Positions 29,501-56,500 of a stretch of 64,000 nucleotides of DNA are shown here, piece by piece. How positions within the stretch are numbered: the stretch's first letter is position 1; each line of letters starts with the position of its first letter. This DNA is from Macrostomum lignano. Lineage: Eukaryota. The notes beneath the pieces were generated by a model. That model was not told where the DNA came from, did no database searches, and saw only the letters and a program-made list of their open reading frames with translations. The stretch lies in contig NIVC01000887.1 in assembly GCA_002269645.1 (NCBI GenBank), forward strand, positions 186,001 to 250,000. The letters are read 5' to 3'. Made by a program: the position numbers and the translations under genes.

Positions 29501-30280
29501 CACCTCAATAAAGCACCCACTTCAATAAAGCACCCACCTCACTACTGCACCCACCTCACTACTGCACCCACCTCACTCCGACGCCCACCTCACTCCTGCA
29601 CACACCTCACTCCTGCACCCATTTCACTACTGCACCCACCTCAATCCTGCACCCACCTCACTCATCCACCCACCTCACTCCTGCACCCACCTCACTCCTG
29701 CACCTACCTCACTCCTACACCCACCTCACTACTGCACCCACCTCACTCCGACGCCCACCATCACTCCTGCACCCACCTCAATAAAGCACCCACCTCAATA
29801 AAGCACCCACCTCAATAAAGCACCCACCTCAATAAAGCACCCACCTCAATAAAGCACCCACCTCAATAAAGCACCCACCTCAATAAAGCACCCACCTCAA
29901 TAAAGCACCCACCTCAATAAAGCACCCACCTCAATAAAGCACCCACCTCAATAAAGCACCCACCTCAATAAAGCACCCACCTCACTCCTGCACCCAACTC
30001 AATAAAGCACCCACCTCAATAAAGCACCCACTTCAATAAAGCACCCACCTCAATAAAGCACCCACCTCAATAAAGCACCCACCTCAATAAAGCACCCACC
30101 TCAATAAAGCACCCACCTCAATAAAGCACCCACCTCAATAAAGCACCCACCTCAATAAAGCACCCACCTCAATAAAGCACCCACCTCAATAAAGCACCCA
30201 CCTCAATAAAGCACCCACCTCAATAAAGCACCCACTTCAATAAAGCACCCACCTCACTCCTGCACCCAACTCACTCCTGC
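26575..30280. repeat. 17-bp composite satellite (CACCCACCTCAATAAAG / CACCCACCTCACTCCTG) with higher-order structure
   Basis: About 215 units; a cassette of variant units (marked by CTCCGACGCCCACCTCACTCCTGCACACAC) recurs at ~26781, 27360, 28229, 28823 and 29575. Confidence 0.97.
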
Positions 30281-31107
30281 AAGTTCACAGGACTCGAGGA
30301 AAGATCTGAATTTTCACCCATGAATAGACTTGATAAAAAAACTTCAACAAAAAGATGGCCATCACAAGTGGGAATGATGGGGGCGTAGCGGCGCGGGGTT
30401 GAAAGCTTTTGAGAGCTTCAAACAGAGCGGGAAGCGCAAAGCAGCCACACGCGGGAGCCTAGTTACTTCTGTATCCCAAACCCCACTATGAATTGAATTG
30501 ACTGCTGAGCAGTCTGCCACAGCTGGCTTCCCAGCTACCTGTCAGACAGTTCCTCAGTGAGGTATCCCGCTGGGCACTTGAATAATTTAGAGCATTTTGC
30601 AGAATTCCCGCACAGATCCACCCCCCCCCCCACAGCAGCTACGCTGACTCACTGTGACATCCAACTCAAGCTGCAGGAGGACCACCGCCGAGCCCCTCCA
30701 GTCTCACCCTGCTGCCTTCATTTGAGCATGTTGCCATGCGGGTAGAACAGATGCCCAACCCTGATATGAGGCACAAGCCCGCAGCGGCAACAGGCAGCTG
30801 ACAGAAGCCAGTTTATCCCGCACCCTAGCTCCTAGCAGAAATAACTCAACAGAATGGCCACTCAACTGCCTCATCTTTACACTTGAGTCGACCAGCAGCC
30901 CTATGGTCTCGCTGAAAAAATTCATTAGCATATTTACAGGTATTTTCAGAACTAAATTCTGGATTATGCAATATGCTTCAATATACTTGAATGTCAATAA
31001 AGTTATATGCTGTGCTTGTACCATAGACTACGTGACTGAGAAATGCCAGCTCTCAGTCTCAGCGACTGCCAGTTCAACTATAGCTTTTTGTGTTCTAGTT
31101 TGGACCG

Positions 31108-31838
31108 CGGGCTTTTAATTTGGACACAGAGTTGAGCAAAGCCCAGAGAATGCTGGCTAGTCTATGGCACAAACCAGAAGCAACTGACGGGCTTTTAATT
31201 TGGACACAGAGTTGAGCAAAGCCCAGAGAATGCTGGCTAGTCTATGGCACAAACCAGAAGCAACTGACGGGCTTTTAATTTGGACACAGAGTTGAGCAAA
31301 GCCCAGATAATGCTGGCTAGTCTATGGCACAAACCAGAAGCAACTGACGGGCTTTTAATTTGGACACAGAGTTGAGCAAAGCCCAGATAATGCTGGCTAG
31401 TCTATGGCACAAACCAGAAGCAACTGACGGGCTTTTAATTTGGACACAGAGTTGAGCAAAGCCCAGATAATGCTGGCTAGTCTATGGCACAAACCAGAAG
31501 CAACTGACGGGCTTTTAATTTGGACACAGAGTTGAGCAAAGCCCAGATAATGCTGGCTAGTCTATGGCACAAACCAGAAGCAACTGACGGGCTTTTAATT
31601 TGGACACAGAGTTGAGCAAAGCCCAGATAATGCTGGCTAGTCTATGGCACAAACCAGAAGCAACTGACGGGCTTTTAATTTGGACACAGAGTTGAGCAAA
31701 GCCCAGATAATGCTGGCTAGTCTATGGCACAAACCAGAAGCAACTGACGGGCTTTTAATTTGGACACAGAGTTGAGCAAAGCCCAGATAATGCTGGCTAG
31801 TCTATGGCACAAACCAGAAGCAACTGACGGGCTTTTAA
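31108..31838. repeat. 80-bp tandem repeat, ~9 near-identical copies
   Basis: CGGGCTTTTAATTTGGACACAG...CAACTGA repeats every 80 bp with no spacers. Confidence 0.97.
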
Positions 31839-32018
31839 ATGAGGTAGATATGCCACCCATCAGAGAGCTCTGAAGAGAGCAATAAAAGGCTCACACCATG
31901 CTCTATTAAAATACAAATTTGCATCGTCTGTGCATTCTGTGCCTGGAGGGGGGGCTCCAAATGTATATGGCCGCGCGCGGAATTGAACCACGGGTCCTAG
32001 CGCGAGAGTCAGACTCAA

Positions 32019-47931
<15,913 letters not shown>

Positions 47932-48678
47932 GCGCTTAGCCTAGCTAACCAGCAGCCTGTCCGACTACTGTCACTTGCATGCAGCAATGAGCTACTTCCC
48001 AGATCAGGCCAGGTGTATAACTGGAAGGGGCCGGTTTTTTGGTTTAGCTCTGCTCAGTGGGGCTGGGGCTTTGTAGCACCTGAGAATTGGAGGGGAGAGG
48101 CAGTTGGGGGTAGTTTTGTTGTTTCAAGCGTATGGTTATCGAGCGACTCTGTACCCTCGGCCTGACTGGCTGCTGCAGGCACTGGTAGCTCAAAGCCGCC
48201 CGTCTGCCTATTCAGAGTGAGCCTCCCCCCAGCGCTCTGCACGCCGGAGGGGAAGCATTTTGTCAGCTTAAAAATGCAATTTGCCCCGCTCCGGTCGATG
48301 CGCCTGGGACGCATACAGGTATAGGGCGAATTGCAGTCACTACCGATAGCAGCGTTGCCAATAGTGACGCCAATGGCTGGCCTGCACAGTGGATAGCCGC
48401 AGTGTTGCTGACTTGCAGGCTCACTGACTCACAGCTTTGCTAGCGCGAGACCGCATGCAGTCGCTGATCCGGGAGCCCCCACGATAGATTTTACAAAGGA
48501 AGCCCAAGTGGAACGGAAAATGCATGCTGAAGTGCCTGGTTGATAAAACGCTTGCATATGCTGCGCATGTTCCCGTAGCCACTCAACAACTTTAGTGGCA
48601 GAAAGTATAAGCGATACTCCAGATCAATTTAAAACAATTCTGGTGCAGAACATGTGCTTTGGGAATGGGCGAGAGACA

Positions 48679-49212
48679 GCAAGATGAGACATGATCTGCC
48701 ATACTCAACAGACACAGCTCTGACAGCAAGGTGAGACATGATCTGCCATACTCAACTGACACAGCTCTGACAGCAAGATGAGACATGATCTGCCATACTC
48801 AACAGACACAGCTCTGACAGCAAGATGAGACATGATCTGCCATACTCAACACACACAGCTCTGACAGCAAGATGAGACATGATCTGCCATACTCAACAGA
48901 CACAGCTCTGACAGCAAGATGAGACATGATCTGCCATACTCAACACACACAGCTCTGACAGCAAGATGAGACATGATCTGCCATACTCAACAGACACAGC
49001 TCTGACAGCAAGATGAGACATGATCTGCCATACTCAACAGACACAGCTCTGACAGCAAGATGAGACATGATCTGCCATACTCAACAGACACAGCTCTGAC
49101 AGCAAGATGAGACATGATCTGCCATACTCAACAGACACAGCTCTGACAGCAAGATGAGACATGATCTGCCATACTCAACAGACACAGCTCTGACAGCAAG
49201 ATGAGACATGAT
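48679..49212. repeat. 47-bp minisatellite (GATGAGACATGATCTGCCATACTCAACAGACACAGCTCTGACAGCAA)
   Basis: About 11 near-identical units upstream of the Kv3 start. Confidence 0.96.
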
Positions 49213-49214
49213 GA

Positions 49215-50105
49215 GACAGTGTCAGTACCTGTCCATCATTAGTGTGTGTCAGCACCTGTTCATCAACAGTGTCTGTGTCAGCACTTGTCCATCTAACACT
49301 GTCAGTACCTGTCCATCAAGAGTGTCTGTGTCAGCTCTTGTCCATCTAACAGTGTCAGCACCTGTCCATCTAACAGTGTCAGTACCTGTCCATCATTAGT
49401 GTGTGTCAGCACCTGTTCATCAAGAGTGTCTGTGTCAGCACTTGTCCATCTAACAGTGCCAGCACCTGTCCATCTAACAGTGTCAGCACCTGTCCATCTA
49501 ACAGTGCCAGCACCTGTCCATCTAACAGTGCCAGCACCTGTCCATCTAACAGTGTCAGCACCTGTCCATCTAACAGTGCCAGCACCTGTCCATCTAACAG
49601 TGCCAGCACCTGTCCATCAACAGTGTCAGCACCTGTCCATCTAACAGTGCCAACACCTGTCCATCTAACAGTGCCAGCACCTGTCCATCAACAGTGTCAG
49701 CACCTGTCCATTATCAGTGTGTGTAAACCAGTCCATCATTAGTGTGTGTCAGCACTTGTCCATCTAACAGTGCCAGCACCTGTCCATCTAACAGTGTCAG
49801 CACCTGTCCATAAAGAGTGTCTGTGTCAGCACTTGTCCATCTAACAGTGCCAGCACCTGTCCATCTAACATTGTCAGCACCTGTCCATCTAACAGTGTCA
49901 GCACCTGTCCATCAAGAGTGTCTGTGTCAGCACTTGTCCATCTAACAGTGCCAGCACCTGTCCATCAACAGTGTCAGCACCTGTCCATTATCAGTGTGTG
50001 TCAGCACCTGTCCATCATTAGTGTGTGTCAGCACCTGTCCATCAACAGTGTCTGTGTCAGCACCTGTCCATCTAACAGTGTCAGCACCTGTCCATTATCA
50101 GTACC
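49215..50105. repeat. ~24-bp minisatellite (GTCCATCTAACAGTGCCAGCACCT)
   Basis: Direct periodicity with length variants. Confidence 0.93.
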
Positions 50106-50592
50106 TGTGGTCAAACAGTATTTGCTAGAAGTTGACTCAAAGCAAACTCCACAAATTGGATGCCAGCAAATGAAGCCATTTTGATTTTAAATAGCACAAT
50201 AAATATTGTTAGCAGTGAAGCCGACTGATTAACAAGACTGTTTTATTGCTTGTAAACAAACAAACACAAGAATAATGAATTTATTTAAAAAAAGAGTTTA
50301 AATGCCTCCCACACAAAATGCAGCAAGTATTGAGCACCAAAACTGCAATTTCTTGGAATTGAAAATAATTCAAATATTCCAATAGCAACGATAGCAAGTG
50401 GACTAAAAATAAGAAAATAAATTAAACTGAGAAAATAAAGTTTCAAGTACGATTAGTTGTTATAGTACAGTTAATAGTAGGGCTTGGGCGCTGCCTAAAA
50501 TTTGAATCATTCGGAGATAAGACCGCTACTGAGACGGGAATTAAAGGTTAGATTATTGTAGCACGCATCGGTTCAATAGTTTGTGCTTCCTG

Positions 50593-53500
50593 TTAAGACT
50601 GCCTGCAGAGGGGATCGTTGCGGGCAGACTCGGGGATCTGGTACTTGCCTGACGGGTCAGCCGCTAGTGCGCCTTCATCTTCTGCTGCTGCGGCTGATGA
50701 CGCCCTCCCTGATAGCTCTGCGGTTGCCTTGGCTACGCCACCGGCCTCCCTGGACACTGGCGGACTGGCTGAATCTTTGTTCTCTATCGATACTGAACCG
50801 GTTAAATCAACCTTCGCTTTGGATACGGTGCTGGCCGAGTCTTTGTTCTGTTTACTTAAATAGCTAGTAGGCTCTTTGTTTTCTTTGCACATAGAACTGA
50901 AGGAGTCCGTGTGCGCCTTGAGCATCGAGCTAGTGGAGTCTTTGTTCTCCTTGAGCATCGAGCTGGTAGAGTCTTTGTTCTCCTTGAGCATCGAGCTAGT
51001 GGAGTCTTTGTTCTCCTTGAGCATCGAGCTGGTAGAGTCTTTGTTCTCCTTGAGCATCGAGCTAGTGGAGTCTTTGTTCTCCTTGAGCATCGAGCTGGTA
51101 GAGTCTTTGTTCTCCTTGAGCCTCGAGTCGGTGAAGTCTTTGTATTCCCTGGCCGCAGGCGGGGGAGGCGGGGGAAAAGACTTGACCGAGGCAGTCCCAG
51201 GAAGTCTAGCAGTGACCGCTGCGGCAGAAGCTACCGGCTGTGCTGCCGAGTTCGGCACGGGCAGTCGAGCAACCGGCGGCCCCCCGGAGCGTCGCTGCTT
51301 GCCGCCGGCGGCGGCCGACGCCTCCTCGCCGGAGTTGCGTCCGGTGGCGCGCGACGGCACAACGTGGCGACGAACAACGGCGGCGCAATGCTGGCAGGCC
51401 TGGGCGCGCTCCACTATGGCCGAGAAGGCCAAACCCATCCGGCCGCTCTTCTCATCGAGAGTCGCCAGTTCCTCAGTCAGCCGCTGGCAGCGAGACCGAA
51501 GCTCGTCCGATTCCGCTGTCGCGCGCTCCGCCGCCGTCTCGGATGCCGCCGCTCGCTCGGCAACAATCGCCAGCTGCTTGTTGAGCTCCGAACAGCGGCA
51601 TTCGGCAGCGTCAGCTCGAGTCTTAGCCGACTCAAGCTTAGCCTCAACAGTTGCCACCTGCTCAGCAGTCGCTTGCAGCCGATTTTCCAGCTCAGAACAG
51701 CGAACCTCGGCAGCTGCGGCTCGCTCCGCGGCGTCAGCCAGCTCGGCCTGCAGCTTTGAAGCCGCTGAGCTGTCAATCTCGTCCGGCATAGCGGCCACTT
51801 GGTTGAGCTCGGATTTCAACGATTCAATTTTATCGTTGAGCCGCCTGAGCTCGTACTCGGCGCCGGAGACAGCTTCGACGGCGTCGTAGAATGCCCGACG
51901 CAGATCGGCCTGCCGTTCGTCCGATTTGACAGCCGAGTCCAGGCTGAGGAAGAGGTCCACGCGGACGCCCTGGTCGCGGCAGCTGATGGCCTGCAGTACA
52001 GTCATGAGCAGAGCTCGATAGTCTGTGTCGCCGGCCTCGTCAGAATAATCTCGCTTGTCCAGCGCACGCCGCAGGTCGGCCAAAGCGTCGGTAGCGTCGG
52101 CCAGCTCGCGGTGCAGCTCGGCATTGTCGCCGCCGCAATCGTCGGCCTTGACAAGCTGATGGTAGTCGGCTAGGGACATTGTTCGGCCTTCGGCTAACTG
52201 AACCTGCAGCTTGGCCTTCAAATTTGAGGCCTTGGCGATTGCGCGGCGGCACAGACGATGCGCCCGGCTGTAGTTGGCAGCCATGCGGTCCCGCTCCCGC
52301 TTCCTGGCGTCGGACAGCTCGTACAGGGCGGCGATGTCGTTGAAGGCGGCGGCGACCCGACGCCGCTCGGCCAGGAGCTGTTCGCTGGCTTCGGCCAGGC
52401 GCGACTCCAGCCCGGCCGCCGCAGCCTCCGAGTCCGTCAGGCGAGCCGCCAGGCCTTCCAGACGGTGCAGCTCGACGCTGTCAATGGCAGTCTGGCATTC
52501 GACATCGGCCGGGGCATCGAGCGAGGTGGCCGCCACTCGCTCAGTCTGTACAGCCGAGTGCAGGCAGGTTTCGTCAAGCTGCAGCCGCCTGAGCTCCGGG
52601 CAAGTCATGGTGGACGAGCTGACCTTCACAATCCATTCGGAGCCGGCGAACGTCTGCGTGCAGGCCGTCCGGACCGACGGCTTCGACGGCTGCGGTTGCG
52701 GCGGCGGCGGAGGCGGCGGAGTTGGCGCTGGCGGAGGCGCGGCAGCGGCCGAGCGGGCGGATTCGAGCTGCTCCAGCTGGGCGAGCAGTCTGGCGTTCTC
52801 CTCCTCGGCCAGCGACATCAGCTGGGCTCGGTCGGCCCGCTCTCTGGACAGCTGGCCGAGAGCTTCGTCCAGTTCGGATTGCAGGCGGAGCACCTCGGAG
52901 TTGATCACGCCGCGCCTGCCCTCCGACCAGTACTTGCTGGTGCGCTCCCTGTTGTTTGTCGGGTGGGGAGTGCACGATGTACTTTTATTTCGAAAATAAG
53001 CTAGACAGCTGGCTTTTAGGGCTGATGCTTTGTAACGATTTGAAAAATATTTTTCTTTAGAAAACTAACAATGTACAAGGCTGTCTACACGTATAGCTTA
53101 TTAAACTTTTTATGACCTATGATAACCTAAATTAACCAACATTTATTACCCCTGAGGACCTAAATTAACCAATATTATGACCCCTGAGGACCTAAATTAA
53201 CCAACATTTATTACCCCTGAGGACCTAAATTAACCAACATTTATGACCCCTGAAGACCTAAATTAACCAACATTTATGACCCCTGAGGACCTAAATTAAC
53301 CAACATTTATTACCCCTAAGGACCTAAATTAACCAACATTTATTACCCCTGAGGACCTAAATTAACCAACATTTATGACCCCTGAGGACCTAAATTAACC
53401 AACATTTATGACCCCTGAGGACCTAAATTAACCAACATTTATGACCCCTGAGGACCTAAATTAACCAACATTTATTACCCCTAAGGACCTAAATTAACCA

Positions 53501-56500
53501 ACATTTATTACCCCTGAGGACCTAAATTAACCAACATTTATGACCCCTGAGGACCTAAATTAACCAACATTTATGACCCCTGAGGACCTAAATTAACCAA
53601 CATTTATGACCCCTGAGGACCTAAATTAACCAACATTTATTACCCCTGAGGACCTAAATTAACCAACATTTATTACCCCTGAGGACCTAAATTAACCAAC
53701 ATTTATGACCACTGATGACCTAAATTAGCCAATATTTATGATCTCTGAGGACCTAAAATAACCAATATTTACGACCCTCGATGACCTAAATTAATTAATA
53801 TTTATGACCCTGGATGACCTAAGTTAGTAAATATTTATGAACCTGGATGACCCAAGTTAATAAATATTTATGAACCTGGATGACACAAGTTAATGAATAA
53901 TTGAGCCCTGATGATCTACATGTAAGTACGCATGACCCTGGCGACCCTACACCCTAAAAACCCAAAGCGCCCAACCTGAACTCTTCCAGCTCCGCAATCA
54001 GCTTGGCATTTTCCTCCTGCAGTCTGATGGCCTCCAAACCGCTGGCCTCCAGCAGCGGCCTCAGATTGGCCAGCTCATTGCGCAGCTCGGCCTCGGCTGC
54101 GGCCAGCTCGGTGAAGCGGGCGTGCATCGAGTCAGACTCCTCAGCTGCTGCCGCGGCTCGAGCCTCGGCGTCCAAAAGCCGGGCCTCGGTCCAGGCCAGG
54201 CGGCGCTGCTGCTCCTCCGTGGCCGGTATCAGCGTGGCGTCGGATTTGTTCGGACTGCCGGACGCGTCGGAGCCGGCGTCTGTGGCGCGCTGTTCCGCTT
54301 CGGCAAGTCGCTTTTCCGCTTCCGTGGCTCGATTATCCGCCTCTGTGGCGCGCTGTTCCGCTTCCGTAGCGCGCTGCTCCGCTTCCGTAGCGCGCTGCTC
54401 CGCTTCCGACGTGCGAGCTTCTATTTCTTTGGCGCGAGTTTCCGATTCCGTTAAGCGAGCTTCTGCTTCCGTGGCGCGCGTCTCTGCTTTCATGACGTCA
54501 GTTTGTAACTCGGTTAAGCGAGATTCTGCTTCCGAAGCACGAGTTTCCGATTCCAATAAGCGGTTTTCCACTTCTTTGGCGCGATTTCGTTCTTCAATGA
54601 CGAGCGCTTCTGCTTCTTCAGCGCGCGTTTCTGCTTCTACAGCGCGTTTTTCCGCTTCTTCAGCGCGTGATTCTGCTACTGTGACACGCGTTTCCACTTC
54701 CGCGGCGCGCGTTTCTGCTTCCGTAGCGCGCTTCTGCTCTTCGATGATGAGCGCTTCCGCTTCTGTAACGCGTGTTTCAGCTTTCGTAGCACGCGTTTCT
54801 GCTTCCGTGGCGCGCGTCTCGGCTTCCGCAGCGCGCTTCCGCTCTTCGATGACAAGCTCTTCCGCTTCCGAGGCGCTTGTCTCTAAGCTGGTTAAGCGAG
54901 CTTCCGCTTCCAAAGCGCGAGTCTCCGATTCCAATAAGCGATTCGTGGCTTCAGTGGCGCGCTCCTCTGCTTCCGAGGTGCGGCTCCGCTCTTCCAAAAT
55001 GAGCGCTTCCGCTTCTTTAGCGCGCGTTTCCGCCTCCGCGTTGCGCGCCTCTGCTTCCTTGGCGCGCTTCCGCTCTTCAATGACCAGTGCTTCCGCTTCC
55101 TTGGCGCGCAATTCAGCTTGCTCGATACGCGATTCCGCGTTGCCAACCGACTGCTCCGTATCTCCAGCGCCTGATTCATCAGCTTCGATACCGAATACCT
55201 GCATGTCCAGTGCCTCGCCGCCAGCAGCAGCTGGCTTTGCCCCCTGAGCAGCTTCCGCCGCAACCAGTTCCGCTTCTACGGCTCGAGCCTCAGCCGCGAT
55301 TAACCGCTGCTCCAATTCCGAAGCGTATTGCGCCGCTTCGTTAGCGCGCGACTCCGCTTTCTCTAAACTGGCTTCCCACGGGCTGTCTCTGGGTATCTCG
55401 GTTTGAACCTGCGCATCGGCGAGGACCAGCGGCGCTTCAGCCAGGTCTGCGGCAGCCTCCGTCTGAGTGCTGGCCACCAGCTGACGCTCCAGATCGACGA
55501 CACGGCGAGCCAGCTGCCGCGCCTCATCGGCAGCTGAATCAGAGACTGCATCAGCTTGGACTGCAACTACTGGCGTTGCCAGCGACTCCGCATCGGCTCT
55601 CGGCGATAGAACAGTTGGCCGGCCAAAGATGTCGCTGCCGCCGATGTCCTCGCGCTGGCTGCTCTCCAGAGCCGCCGCTGCAGCTTCGGCGGCCTGCAGC
55701 TCCAGGCCGATGAACTCCTCCTCCTCCATGCGGGATATCCGACCGCACAGGGAGGCATTCTCATGCTCCAGCTTGGCCACCTGGACAATGGGCAGAACCA
55801 TCACTGTGCGTGATTATGCTGACACTTAGCAATTATAGCTGCCTGAACCTCTGCACACACCTATCTGAGCTGCCTGAACCTCTGCACACCTATCTGAGCT
55901 GCCTGAACCTCTGCACACACCTATCTGAGCTGCCTGAACCTCTGCACACCTATCTGAGCTGCCTGAACCTCTGCACACACCTATCTGAGCTGCCTGAACC
56001 TCTGCACACACCTATCTGAGCTGCCTGAACCTCTGCACACACCTATCTGAGCTGCCTGAACCTCTGCACACCTATCTGAGCTGCCTGAACCTCTGCACAC
56101 ACCTATCTGAGCTGCCTGAACCACTGCACACACCTATCTGAGCTGCCTGAACCTCTGCACACACACCTCAGCCACCCGAACCTCCGCCCACAGACCTCAG
56201 CCACCCGAACCTCAGCCCACACACCTCAGCCACCCAAACCTCAGCCCACACACCTCAGCCACCCGAACCTCCGCCCACAGACCTCAGCCACCCGAACCTC
56301 AGCCCACACACCTCAGCCACCCAAACCTCAGCCTACACACCTCAGCCACCCGAACCTCTGCCCACAGACATCAGCCACCCGAACCTCAGCTAACACACCT
56401 CAGCCACCCAAACCTCAGCCCACACACCTCAGCCACCCGAACCTCCGCCCACAGACCTCAGCCACCCGAACCTCAGTCCACACACCTCAGCCACCCGAAC

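Noticed and set aside
31108-31838. Regularly spaced repeats resembling a CRISPR array
   Set aside because: Units are contiguous and near-identical with no unique spacers, no cas genes, and a eukaryotic intron context. The same applies to the 47-bp array at 48679-49212.
50876-55247. Long plus-strand ORFs antisense to kinesin exons 9-10
   Set aside because: Shadow ORFs of GC-rich, Ala/Glu/Arg-biased coding sequence with Ser/Ala-rich translations and no independent signals.
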